A stretch of DNA of 64,000 bases from a virus. Below are positions 43,892-52,786 of the stretch, in pieces (the stretch's first letter is position 1; every line of letters starts with the position of its first letter). A program made the translations under genes and the position numbers. The stretch lies in IMG/VR virus record IMGVR_UViG_3300044648_000206, positions 8,265 through 72,264 of that record. One strand, given 5' to 3'. The notes beneath the pieces were generated by a model. It had not been told where the DNA came from. It was given only the letters and a program-made list of their open reading frames with translations, and ran no database searches.

Positions 43892-45463
43892 TCAAGCCAT
43901 CAGGGACAGCTCATTGCCCCGCTTACGCTTCTCCGGCATGTGCACCTGGCCCTCGATGGGCTCGGCGGTCGGGTCGTGCTCGTTGCGGTTGTCGACCTCG
44001 AAGTGCCTGGCGTACCTGTTGGTGTCCTTGCCCTTGCCCATGACCAGGGGGATGGCCGGCGCCCCGCCCTTGGAGAAGCGGTAGTAGGCCAGGGCCAGCG
44101 CACAGACCTCGTCGGGCAGGTGGAAGCCTTGTGCCTTGGCATTGGAGTAGAGGTCGCCCACCTGGGCGTACTTGTGCGAAACGTAAGCGGTAGGGATGCG
44201 CGGGACCTTGAACATGTCCCGCTCCACCGCGTTGACGTACTCAGAGAGCATCGAGGCGCGCTTGTCGCCGGTCATCATGAAGCCGTGCGCCCGGTCGTCG
44301 ATGTAGTCGGCCACCACGTTGCCCAGACCGGTCCGGTCGTACTCGCCCTGGGCGCCGTACCGCTGCATGGCGTCGTTGAACATCTTGACCATGAAGGGGT
44401 AGGGCCGGCGGTTGAGCCGGGCCCAGTAGACGAGCTCGAGGCCCTGGGTGTCCACCCGGTCGGTGCGGATCACCGTGATGACGGTGTAGTCCTGCTCCTT
44501 GGCCCAGTCCGCCCCGATGATGTAGGTGCCCGGGTGCTCGGGGTCGGCGAAGACGTACTCCTCGTAGTCCTTGGCCTCCTTCTTGCGCAGGGGCTCCATG
44601 GGCAGGGAGAACATCCGCTCGACGGCCTCGGAGTCGAAGGCACGGTTGCCGATCGAGGGCTCACCCAGTTCGTACTCCACGCGCCACATCTCGGCCGGGA
44701 TCGAGGCCTTCTTCTCCTCGATGGCCTTCTCGGTCAGCCAGCCGTCCTCGGGGTTGGCCGTGTCCTTGTAGCACCAGGTGTACTTGGGGATGTTCTTCTC
44801 GTCGGCCCGCTTGTAGATCTCGGTGAAGGTGCCCTCGGCGTTCTGCCAGGTCGAGCACATCACGGTGTAGGGCTCGACCCATTCGCCCAGGTAGTTCTTC
44901 TGCCGCATGGGCTGGCCCAGGGCCGCGTCCAGGATGGCCAGCTCCATCTCGTCGATCTCGTCGAGGAGCAGGAACGGCGGGTGAGGACCACGGACGGTCC
45001 GCTGGGAGGCGGTCAGCGGTCGGATGCGGGCCCGGTTGGTCAGCTTCATGACCTGGGCGCCCTCGTCCTTGAGCATGTACCGCGGGGCGTTCTTGAACTC
45101 GAGCGCGGCCCGCATGTGCTCGTGGATGTTGGCCGACTGGGCGAAGGAGCCACCCAGCAGGTTGACGTCGCAGCCCATCATGAAGGCCTTGGTCAGGCCC
45201 AGGATCGAGAGCATGAAGCTCTTGCCCGACAGACCACGAGAGCCGTGCCACAGCGCGATGCTGGTGACCGAGCTCTCGGGGTCGATCGAGTTGCGCCCGA
45301 AGTAGGCGTCGGCGAAGGCCTGGAACGGCGAGCAGTGCTCCGGGCAGACCTTGCCCCGGGGGATGGTGACGCCCCAGAGCGCCTTGACCATCCAGTACAG
45401 CTCGTCGTCCGTCGTCGGAGGGCGGCCGAGGACGAACCCCGGTCCTTGCGACTCGATGGCCAT
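43892..45463 (-). CDS. terminase large subunit
   Basis: GSRGLSGKS (Walker A), LLLDEIDE (Walker B), CST coupling motif, IGADWAKEQDYT and PDEV nuclease motifs. Confidence 0.9.
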   Translation of the reverse strand: MAIESQGPGFVLGRPPTTDDELYWMVKALWGVTIPRGKVCPEHCSPFQAFADAYFGRNSIDPESSVTSIALWHGSRGLSGKSFMLSILGLTKAFMMGCDVNLLGGSFAQSANIHEHMRAALEFKNAPRYMLKDEGAQVMKLTNRARIRPLTASQRTVRGPHPPFLLLDEIDEMELAILDAALGQPMRQKNYLGEWVEPYTVMCSTWQNAEGTFTEIYKRADEKNIPKYTWCYKDTANPEDGWLTEKAIEEKKASIPAEMWRVEYELGEPSIGNRAFDSEAVERMFSLPMEPLRKKEAKDYEEYVFADPEHPGTYIIGADWAKEQDYTVITVIRTDRVDTQGLELVYWARLNRRPYPFMVKMFNDAMQRYGAQGEYDRTGLGNVVADYIDDRAHGFMMTGDKRASMLSEYVNAVERDMFKVPRIPTAYVSHKYAQVGDLYSNAKAQGFHLPDEVCALALAYYRFSKGGAPAIPLVMGKGKDTNRYARHFEVDNRNEHDPTAEPIEGQVHMPEKRKRGNELSLMA

Positions 45464-45876
45464 CAGCTTGGTTCGGAGGGGTGCGGGACGTCGCCGTCCG
45501 AGAGCCCCCGGATCTCCTCCACCCGAGTGATGTGCCGCTCGAGCGCCACACGGAGCTGCAGCAGGTCGGCATGGGTGGCCTTCTCAGCCACCTGGTCGGC
45601 CAGCTGGCGGAACTCCAGACGGTCGATCTTCTCGATCTCCAGGTCGGTCAGTCGCGCCATGACGCCCTTCCGGCCAGGAACACCGTCTCGGTCCGGCACG
45701 CCGAACCAGTCGTCGAGAAACTCGTTGGTCCGACCCATCAACGTGAAGATCGGTGAGCCGAACGCCCTCCACAGCACTGTTACGCCGCCGCTGACGACGA
45801 TCACCGCTCCGAAGAACCAGAGCATCCCCGGGACGGTGATCGTCCAGCCTGCGGGCTCCGCTGCCCCCGCGAACAC
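45463..45876 (-). CDS. membrane protein, lysis cassette
   Basis: N-terminal TM; FLDDWFG.P.R.GVP.R.GVMARL. Confidence 0.7.
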   Translation of the reverse strand: MFAGAAEPAGWTITVPGMLWFFGAVIVVSGGVTVLWRAFGSPIFTLMGRTNEFLDDWFGVPDRDGVPGRKGVMARLTDLEIEKIDRLEFRQLADQVAEKATHADLLQLRVALERHITRVEEIRGLSDGDVPHPSEPS

Positions 45877-45878
45877 GC

Positions 45879-46115
45879 TCAGGCCTCGGCGGGCTTGTTC
45901 TTCGCCTTGAAGACCATGTAGGCAGCTACCGCAGCCGTGACGATGCGGTAGACGTCACCCGAGGTGAGTGAGCCGTCCTCCGCCCCGTTCTGCACTGCCT
46001 GGACCACCTCGGCCCCGACGAAGAGGACGGCGGGGGCCGTAGCTGCTACAGCCTTCCAGTACTTGGGGAGCTCGTCGCGGAGCCAGCCCGCGACGTTGCC
46101 CGTAAGCTCGAACAT
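45879..46115 (-). CDS. holin
   Basis: Two TMs, YWKAVAA, basic tail; directly after endolysin. Confidence 0.7.
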   Translation of the reverse strand: MFELTGNVAGWLRDELPKYWKAVAATAPAVLFVGAEVVQAVQNGAEDGSLTSGDVYRIVTAAVAAYMVFKAKNKPAEA

Positions 46116-46131
46116 CTCAGCCTTCCCTTGC

Positions 46132-46803
46132 TCAGCGGACCCGGAGCTTCTCGCCGGGCTTCAAGAGCTCTCGGTTGAGCTGCCAGAGCCGCAGCGGCGT
46201 GATGCCGTACTTCCGGCTGACCGAGAGAATGGAGTCGCCCGAGACCACCGTGTGGTACTCGTGGCGCTGCTCGTCCATCCAGGGGACGAGCTTGTTGTTG
46301 AACCAGCGCACCCGGTTCAGGCCCGGGCAGGGCTTGCCCTGGGCGTTCCAGAGGTCGAACAGCTTGTGGTAGCCCACCCCACCCTGGGAGACGTCACCAG
46401 GGCGGCTCATCTTGACCTTGCGCAGCGGGTAGCCGAACTCCTTCGAGCTCCAGCTCAGGAAGTCCTTGATCGCTGCCTTCTGCTCCTTGGTCCACCAGCC
46501 CGGGCCCAGGCCCTGGGTCTCGACCGAGATGAAGCCGTAGCGCCGGCCGTCCCGGCCGATCCAGCTGTTGCCCCCGCCGTTGGCGTCGGCCTCCCGGCCG
46601 AAGACGCGGTACTGCTCGACCGAGCCGTCCTTGCGGATGTGCAGGTGGCTCTCGATGCCACCGCTGGGACCGTTGAACCAGTTGAACAGCGACCAGGCGC
46701 TGCCCGCGTCGACGTGCAGGATGGCCCCGACCGGGATGATCTCCGGGTCGTTGCTGCCAGCCGGGATCAGGCGGGCGTCCGCCTTCGGGTACAGCTGCTG
46801 CAT
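46132..46803 (-). CDS. endolysin (amidase_2-like + LysM)
   Basis: ILH, SHLHI..DG.VEQY, ISVET, GYH, K.CPG; C-terminal YHTVVSGDSILSVSRKYGI...N. Confidence 0.88.
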   Translation of the reverse strand: MQQLYPKADARLIPAGSNDPEIIPVGAILHVDAGSAWSLFNWFNGPSGGIESHLHIRKDGSVEQYRVFGREADANGGGNSWIGRDGRRYGFISVETQGLGPGWWTKEQKAAIKDFLSWSSKEFGYPLRKVKMSRPGDVSQGGVGYHKLFDLWNAQGKPCPGLNRVRWFNNKLVPWMDEQRHEYHTVVSGDSILSVSRKYGITPLRLWQLNRELLKPGEKLRVR

Positions 46804-46842
46804 GACGAACTCCTCACCGAGGAGCTCTGGGCTGCTCCCCTC

Positions 46843-46865
46843 CTTCTCAGGCTGGGAGCGTTGTC
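46843..46865 (-). promoter_or_regulatory. putative late promoter (lysis/terminase)
   Basis: GACAA-N6-CAGCCT. Confidence 0.5.
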
Positions 46866-46888
46866 CAGTCAACCCGTAGCATCAGCCC

Positions 46889-47095
46889 ATGAGCGAACTG
46901 CCCGAGGGCTGGGACAGGTGCCGGGTCGTCACCACGCTGCGCAACCAGCGCACGGCCAAGGGCGTGCGGTCGCTCACCCGCTGCACCAGCTGCGGGTTCA
47001 CCACCGAGGACGAGCAGGAGCGTCGCGAGCACTACCCGCGCTACCTGCTGGGGCTGATCACTCACCCACCTGCTCGAGGCACTCCGAGCACTTGA
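46889..47095 (+). CDS. small Zn-ribbon-like protein on the opposite strand
   Basis: TAGCAT-N6-ATG leaderless start; CTSC...H; phage-like codon usage. Confidence 0.55.
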   Translation: MSELPEGWDRCRVVTTLRNQRTAKGVRSLTRCTSCGFTTEDEQERREHYPRYLLGLITHPPARGTPST

Positions 47096-47312
47096 GGTAG
47101 CCCTCGCAGACGTTGTCGTTGCCGCACTCGTTGCAGATCAGGTCTTGCAGCTCGTCGTAGATCACGAACTGCACCCGGGCGCCACGGACGGCGCGGGCCT
47201 CCTTGCGGCTGTCCCGGTGGAAGCCAGCCCCGGTCTGGTTGATCGGCATGGACCAAAAGTCTGGACCAAGTTGCCCCGTGTGCGTGGGAAGACGGGGCCA
47301 GCCTCCCTCCAA
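47058..47312 (-). CDS. small hypothetical protein with CxxC pairs (start uncertain)
   Basis: CNEC...CSEC. Confidence 0.45.
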   Translation of the reverse strand: MEGGWPRLPTHTGQLGPDFWSMPINQTGAGFHRDSRKEARAVRGARVQFVIYDELQDLICNECGNDNVCEGYLKCSECLEQVGE

Positions 47313-47355
47313 CCAACCTTTGTTATGGCGAGGCCATAGCTAAGGTTGTGACGCG

Positions 47356-47426
47356 CGAGGGTGCCCGGAATCGAACCGAGTCCAGCGGGTTTGGAAGCCG
47401 CGATGCTGCCGGTACACCACACCCCC
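47356..47426 (-). tRNA. tRNA-Trp(CCA)
   Basis: Acceptor GGGGGTG/CACCCTC, loop TT-CCA-AA, T arm CTCGG-TTCGATT-CCGGG, G discriminator, no encoded CCA. Confidence 0.85.
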
Positions 47427-47475
47427 TCTGAGGAGGGGTGATCACCATCGGCGCATGGGAGGCACCGTAGCAGGG

Positions 47476-47547
47476 TGCCCTCGGCCGGAGTCGAACCGAC
47501 GCGCCCGGAGTTTCAGGCCGGAGCTCTACCACCTGAGCTACGAGGAC
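47476..47547 (-). tRNA. tRNA-Phe(GAA)
   Basis: Acceptor GTCCTCG/CGAGGGC, D arm GCTCAGGTGGTAGAGC, loop CT-GAA-AC, T arm GTCGG-TTCGACT-CCGGC. Confidence 0.88.
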
Positions 47548-47552
47548 CAAGG

Positions 47553-47651
47553 GCGAGGCCCCGGGCCGTGTCTCCGACACTCAGGGGTCACAGGGCGAAT
47601 CGAGTGCCCAGCCCGAGCACCGTTAGGCCGGTCGGCCACCCGGGGCCTCGC
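47553..47651 (-). ncRNA. tRNA-like structured RNA / pseudo-tRNA
   Basis: 13-bp perfect closing stem, tRNA-like D arm, anticodon-like arm (GGG), no canonical T loop. Confidence 0.45.
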
Positions 47652-47660
47652 GGGGTCAGC

Positions 47661-47816
47661 CTACTGTCCCGCCAGCAGGATGGTTAGTGCGGCCTTCACA
47701 CGCTCCGGGTCAGGGTCCGGGACGTGGTCACAATCGTGGCCATCGGGCAGAGTGCAGAGGCCGTAGACGCCAACCTCGTTGGTCTCGACGATGCCACCGC
47801 AGGGGATCTCGGTCAT
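47661..47816 (-). CDS. 51-aa Cys/His mini-protein (not in ORF track)
   Basis: AGGGG RBS; C...CTLPDGHDCDH. Confidence 0.5.
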   Translation of the reverse strand: MTEIPCGGIVETNEVGVYGLCTLPDGHDCDHVPDPDPERVKAALTILLAGQ

Positions 47817-47826
47817 GCCCCTGAGG

Positions 47827-48192
47827 TTACAACCAGAGCTTCTTGTCCCCGTTGCGAGCGTCGGTCTGGCTGCCTCGAGCGGTGACCCGGCCGGGGCTGG
47901 TGTCCGAGTCCTGCGGGGCGTAGTGCGCCTGGGGGTGCCGCGGCCGCATGAACTCGATCATGGCGAAGTTGGCCACGTCCATCAGCCACTCGGTGTTGCC
48001 GTCCTCCTCGTAGCGGGCCAGGCGGACCTTGAGGCTGGCGATGGCGTCCAGGTCGTGCGGGTAGGCCGCCTTGAGCGGGCCGTACTTGTAGAACGAGACC
48101 CCCATCCGGTCGAGCATCCCCTTGAGGAAGGCGAGGTCGAACTCGCTGCGCGGAGCACCGGTCTGCAGCTCGACGTGCTGAGGCATGGTCAT
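47827..48192 (-). CDS. hypothetical protein, possible all-alpha NTP-pyrophosphohydrolase (MazG-like) fold
   Basis: YKYG...EWLMDVANFAMIEF. Confidence 0.45.
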   Translation of the reverse strand: MTMPQHVELQTGAPRSEFDLAFLKGMLDRMGVSFYKYGPLKAAYPHDLDAIASLKVRLARYEEDGNTEWLMDVANFAMIEFMRPRHPQAHYAPQDSDTSPGRVTARGSQTDARNGDKKLWL

Positions 48193-48195
48193 CTC

Positions 48196-49407
48196 CTACA
48201 GGAGTTCGAGGTTCTCGAAAGGGTAGCCATCCTGGCCCCGGGTGAGGGTGAAGACCACCAGGCCCGGGTCGGAGTCGTCCCCGCTGATCTGGCGGTACCA
48301 GTCCGAGCCGTTGTCCATGGTCGGGCACTGCAGCCACCACTTGGACCGGTCGGTCCAGGGGTTGCGCCCCGAGGGCTGGACCCGCAGGTGGTGGTAGTGC
48401 CCGGTGATCAGGATGTCCGCGTGCGCGATGGGCTGGCCGCCGTGGACCTGCTTGGCCCACCACAGCGGGATGCCCTCGGGCCGAGGCGCCTGGTGACCAT
48501 GGGCCAGCCCGATGATCCGGCCGGCCACCTCGAGCGAGAGCGTCTCCTCGAACGTCTCGGGCCACTGGACGTCCACGTGCCCGAAGCTGGCCCCGTCCAT
48601 GGCCAGGGCGCGCCGCAGCTGCTTGAGCATGAAGATGCCCCAGTCGTCCCCGGGCGTGCCCAGCTGGTCCTTGCCCTTGCGCCACCGGCAGTGGTTGGAG
48701 CCGATCCCCCGCACGCCTACCCGCAGGGTCCGCTTGGCCAGCAGGTTGACCATCTGGAACAGCACGGTGGAGGCCACGTCCACCTGGTCCATGATCGACA
48801 GGTCGTTGGTCGACATCTGGTTGCCGGTGTTCTCGAAGCCCTCGATGGCATCCCCGACGTCGAAGAGCATGGCCGCCTCGGGCTTGACCCGGCCCAGGTA
48901 GTCGTCCAGCCGCTCGAGGGACTGGCCCATCCGGGCGATGAGCTCAGGGGTGCCGCCTCGGCGGGCCACCTTGCCGGTCTGCGGGTCGGCGTAGCCCACG
49001 ATGGTCACGCGCTCGGGCTGGGCTGAGTCGGGCTTGGGCAACCTCTTGACCCTCCGGGCCTCGGCGAAGAGCAGGGGCAGCTCGCGGATGTAGGCCGAGC
49101 GCCGGCGGACCTTGATCTTGTAGCGGTGCATCCGGACGGTGACGTTGTCGCCCTCCTTGGTCCGGTGTGTGGCGTCCCAGCCGGTCGACTCCACCGGCTC
49201 GATGACCTCGACCTCCTCGGGGTCCAGGCCCGAGTCGCGCACGAAGACGTCCCAGGTGGTGGGTCGCTCGGTCAGCGCCGGGGTCTCGATCAGCCCCTGG
49301 TTGCCGTCCCAGGACCACTGGAGCCCGTCTGGGGCGGGCTTACGCGCGGGTTGGGCCTCACCACCACTCCGGTCCAGCGCGGCCCGGAGATCGTCTTCCA
49401 GGCTCAC
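48196..49407 (-). CDS. calcineurin-like metallophosphoesterase
   Basis: ADPQ.GK, GDAIEG, SNH, AHGH, GHYHH. Confidence 0.85.
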   Translation of the reverse strand: MSLEDDLRAALDRSGGEAQPARKPAPDGLQWSWDGNQGLIETPALTERPTTWDVFVRDSGLDPEEVEVIEPVESTGWDATHRTKEGDNVTVRMHRYKIKVRRRSAYIRELPLLFAEARRVKRLPKPDSAQPERVTIVGYADPQTGKVARRGGTPELIARMGQSLERLDDYLGRVKPEAAMLFDVGDAIEGFENTGNQMSTNDLSIMDQVDVASTVLFQMVNLLAKRTLRVGVRGIGSNHCRWRKGKDQLGTPGDDWGIFMLKQLRRALAMDGASFGHVDVQWPETFEETLSLEVAGRIIGLAHGHQAPRPEGIPLWWAKQVHGGQPIAHADILITGHYHHLRVQPSGRNPWTDRSKWWLQCPTMDNGSDWYRQISGDDSDPGLVVFTLTRGQDGYPFENLELL

Positions 49408-49640
49408 TCGTCGTCCATGCCTGGGGCCTGATGGGTGCGGTGGTCGTAGTACTGCTTCTCCCCGATGAAGTGGCCGTTCCTCTCCATCGCGGCCCGCACC
49501 TTCTTGATCGCCACCAGGCGGACTGCCTCGTCGAGGAGTGCTGCTTCCTCAGCCGGCAGGGTCTTGAGCAGGGCGCAGATCTTGCAGACCCGCACCTCAA
49601 AGGCCCCGTAGAGGCCACGTAGATCGTCGGCAAGAGCCAT
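49404..49640 (-). CDS. small CxxC/HxxH protein
   Basis: GGGGAG RBS; CKIC...HRTH; coupled to the phosphoesterase. Confidence 0.65.
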   Translation of the reverse strand: MALADDLRGLYGAFEVRVCKICALLKTLPAEEAALLDEAVRLVAIKKVRAAMERNGHFIGEKQYYDHRTHQAPGMDDE

Positions 49641-49690
49641 GCGCTCCCCTTGACTTAGCAAGGTCCAGCGATAGACCTTGCCTCTATCGC

Positions 49691-49713
49691 CAGTGGAGCC
49701 TGGGAGTCAAGTC
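49691..49713 (-). promoter_or_regulatory. putative late promoter
   Basis: GACTT-N6-CAGGCT. Confidence 0.45.
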
Positions 49714-49729
49714 GCCCCTGGTCAGAGGC

Positions 49730-52700
49730 TCAGCGGTAGCCCTTGCCGTTGCGGGTCTGCAGCCGCGGGTACTGCGACCGCTGCTCCGAGCTGGCCCGCT
49801 GCGGGTTGCCCGGGTTGAGCAGCCGAGGGGTCTGGCTACCGTCCGTGCGCAGCCCGTTGTCGTCGTCGCGCTGGATCATGCGCAGCGGGGGCTCCACCCC
49901 GGTGACCGGCGGGGGCTCGAGCGGCGGGCAGTCGTCGTTGACCAGGGTCGCGGTGCCGATCTCGACGTTGTCCAGGTAGGTGGTGTTGCCGTGCGCGCCC
50001 CAGAGCACCCGGTCGATCAGGCCGTCCGTACCACCGTTGCGGGTGTCGCCGACGTTGAGCTGGGAGTGCAGCACGTCGTCCCGGTAGACCCGGATGAAGC
50101 CACTGGTCCCGTCCCCGATCTTGACCTGGACCTTGTAGCGGTGGCTGCCGGCCTGCACCAGCCCGGTCGAGGTGAGGACGGTGGCGGCGCCGACCTGCCA
50201 GGTCACCGTGCCGGTCAGGTTGGCCAGGTTGCCGTAGATGTGGCGGGTGGTCGACCCGCCCTCGTAGAAGCTGACGAACTCCCCGCCACCGATGCCCGAG
50301 AGGTCGGCCGGCGGCTCGAAGTCGAACTCGACCTGGATGGTGTCGCCCTCGGCCGCGCCCAGGTCCTGGTAGGCGTCCTGGGGCGAGGTGACGAACTGGA
50401 ACCGGCCGCTGACGATGGCGAACGGGTCAGCGTGGGTCCAGGCCGCCGTGCTCGAGCAGTCGTCGGTGAAGATGATCGTGCCCAGGTCGTACTGCTGGCC
50501 GGTGTACATGAAGGCGTAGCAGGGCTTGCGCAGCACGATCTCGAACTCGAGGTCCTGGCCCTCGATGTGCCGGGTGAACGACCAGGTCGGGGTGCCGCCC
50601 TGGTAGCCCATCGTCGCGTCGTCGAGCACGAAGTCGACCCCGAAGCCCGCGTAGTACTCGTCGGCGTTGGTCCAGGTGTCGGTGTCGGCGGTGATCACGT
50701 ACTGCCACTCCGGTGGCTCGCGCCAGGCCGTGGTGATGGCCGTCCGGACCCCGCTGGTGAAGGTGACCTCACCGATCTTGAGCGTGCCGGCCATCGTCCG
50801 CATGTCGCCCGGGAGCCCGATCGGCCAGCCCCCCGGCGGGGTGTTGGTCCGGCAGACCAGCAGACCGCTGGCGTTGCGGTAGAGCCCCCACTCGGGCGCG
50901 GCCGGGCTGTTGTTGGGCAGCTCCCACCACTCACCGGTGATGACCGTGCCGAAGGTCCCCGAGGCCGGGTGCGCCGAGGAGCCCTGGGCGGCCGGACGGA
51001 CCTTGAAGCTGACGATGTCGGCGCAGTTCTTGGAGTACACCGCCTCGGACGCGCCAGAGGGCAGCGAGCCGGTGTAGGACCAGATCTCCGAGGCGTAGGC
51101 CAGCGCCAGCGGGTTGAAGACCGAGAAGCCCCAGTAGGTCGACCAGTTGCACAGCGCCCCGGCACCGAGCCCGGGCGGCAGGATGCTGGCGAAGCCGCCC
51201 GAGGACAGGTCAGCGCCGTTGGCTCCTGAACCGTCACCCACCCCGCTGTACTGGTTCGAGCCGCCCATGTCCCAGATCTGGGAGCCGTTGAGCCGGTAGG
51301 CGCCGGGCAGCCAGGTGTTGGGCGGGTCCCAGCCGATCTCGGTGTTGTTGCCGGTCTCGTCGATGCTCTGGTCGCCACAGTGGCAGCGCAGGCTGGCCAG
51401 CCAGTAGGCGTCCGGGTCGTCGTGCGGGGACGGGTAGCCGGCGAAGCCCCAGATCGAGGTGTAGCCGTGGTACTGCTTGGTCTGGTGGAACGGGTTGGAC
51501 CCGGTCTGGCCCGGCACGTCCCCGTTGCCGTAGTTGGCGAGGCCCGGCAGGTCGGTGTTGTCGAAGACCACGTCGGCCGGCTGAACCCAGGGCCCGCGGT
51601 AGAGCATCGACCAGTTCAGCCGCATCAGCCCGTGCCGCAGGTTGTTGAACGAGCCGCCCGGCGGGGTGGCTGTGGGTGACTCGTCGCTCTCGGCACCACG
51701 AGTCTGGCAGCACAGCTGGATGAAGTAGGTCTCCCCCGGCGTGAGTGTGTCGAGGATGATCTTCGCGTTCGAGCCCTCGCTGCTGAACGGGTAGTAGCTG
51801 CCCGAGTCGTCGTTCTCGGCCACCTCGACCAGGGTCGCGTGCACCGGGGCCAGCGGGGTCGGGCTGGTGTAGATCCGCAGCCGGGTGTCCAGGCGCACGA
51901 ACTGGCCGGTCTCGCCATCGGTGACGCTGGTGGTCAGGGTGCCGAAGCAGTCGAACTGGACCTTCTCCGGCCCACCCACCGTGGGGCAGGTCCACTTCCA
52001 CCACAGCGAGCCGTTGGCATCCAGCCCCAGGCCGCCGTAGACCTTGTTGTAGACCACGCCGTCGCCAGCTGGCCCGTTCTTGACCTCGCCCACCTCGTAA
52101 GAGGAGAAGAAGTTCGAGGCACTGACCTGACCCGAGGGCGCCGAGCCGATGTCGGTGGCATTGGCCAGGTTGTCGTTGGCCGGCGCCACCTCGCTGTTCG
52201 GCCTGATCCGCAGGCTGAGCACGCTGATGCCGTTGCCGGTGCGCAGGTTGACCGTGCGCGCGGTCGAGGTGCCGTCCGGGAAGTGCCAGACCGCGTCGAC
52301 GTAGAGGATGTTGTCCGCGTCGAAGGGCCCGCTGATCCCCATCGTGCCGGTCATCACCGCGTTGCGGCTCTGCTGGAAGGACGTCGTCCCGTCGAAGATC
52401 GAGCCGATCTTGATGTAGGTGCCGGTGGAGATCGTGTACTTGTAGACCCGCAGGTAGACGTCGGCGTCGATCGCCCCGGAGAAGGTCTCGAAGTCGATGG
52501 TGCCGGTGGTGGCCGCGTCGTTGTAGGCCCGGAAGCCATCCAGCACGCTGGTGTCGTGCAGGAACCAACCCTTGCCGTCCGGCGGGGGCTCGGTAGCGCC
52601 GTGGAAGGTGCTGGCGCCGCCTCGGGTGTTCCAGGGCGTCGAGTAGCCGACCACGCCGCCGGGGTCCGGGATGGACAGCGAGACGGTGCCGCTGGTCTCT

Positions 52701-52783
52701 GAGCCGGGGACCTCGATCCGGGAGCCAGCCCCGTAGGTCGAGTCCTCCCGGGTGAAGCGCAGGTCGATGTTGGAGGCGGGCAA
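49730..52783 (-). CDS. minor tail / receptor-binding protein
   Basis: 1017 aa, beta-rich; PANDN.ANA...SLWWKWT repeat domain; C-terminal lectin-like domain. Confidence 0.65.
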   Translation of the reverse strand: MPASNIDLRFTREDSTYGAGSRIEVPGSETSGTVSLSIPDPGGVVGYSTPWNTRGGASTFHGATEPPPDGKGWFLHDTSVLDGFRAYNDAATTGTIDFETFSGAIDADVYLRVYKYTISTGTYIKIGSIFDGTTSFQQSRNAVMTGTMGISGPFDADNILYVDAVWHFPDGTSTARTVNLRTGNGISVLSLRIRPNSEVAPANDNLANATDIGSAPSGQVSASNFFSSYEVGEVKNGPAGDGVVYNKVYGGLGLDANGSLWWKWTCPTVGGPEKVQFDCFGTLTTSVTDGETGQFVRLDTRLRIYTSPTPLAPVHATLVEVAENDDSGSYYPFSSEGSNAKIILDTLTPGETYFIQLCCQTRGAESDESPTATPPGGSFNNLRHGLMRLNWSMLYRGPWVQPADVVFDNTDLPGLANYGNGDVPGQTGSNPFHQTKQYHGYTSIWGFAGYPSPHDDPDAYWLASLRCHCGDQSIDETGNNTEIGWDPPNTWLPGAYRLNGSQIWDMGGSNQYSGVGDGSGANGADLSSGGFASILPPGLGAGALCNWSTYWGFSVFNPLALAYASEIWSYTGSLPSGASEAVYSKNCADIVSFKVRPAAQGSSAHPASGTFGTVITGEWWELPNNSPAAPEWGLYRNASGLLVCRTNTPPGGWPIGLPGDMRTMAGTLKIGEVTFTSGVRTAITTAWREPPEWQYVITADTDTWTNADEYYAGFGVDFVLDDATMGYQGGTPTWSFTRHIEGQDLEFEIVLRKPCYAFMYTGQQYDLGTIIFTDDCSSTAAWTHADPFAIVSGRFQFVTSPQDAYQDLGAAEGDTIQVEFDFEPPADLSGIGGGEFVSFYEGGSTTRHIYGNLANLTGTVTWQVGAATVLTSTGLVQAGSHRYKVQVKIGDGTSGFIRVYRDDVLHSQLNVGDTRNGGTDGLIDRVLWGAHGNTTYLDNVEIGTATLVNDDCPPLEPPPVTGVEPPLRMIQRDDDNGLRTDGSQTPRLLNPGNPQRASSEQRSQYPRLQTRNGKGYR

Positions 52784-52786
52784 GGG

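Noticed and set aside
47356-47547. tRNAs as prophage attachment site or host boundary
   Set aside because: Phage genes continue on both sides; no integrase or duplicated tRNA 3' end seen.
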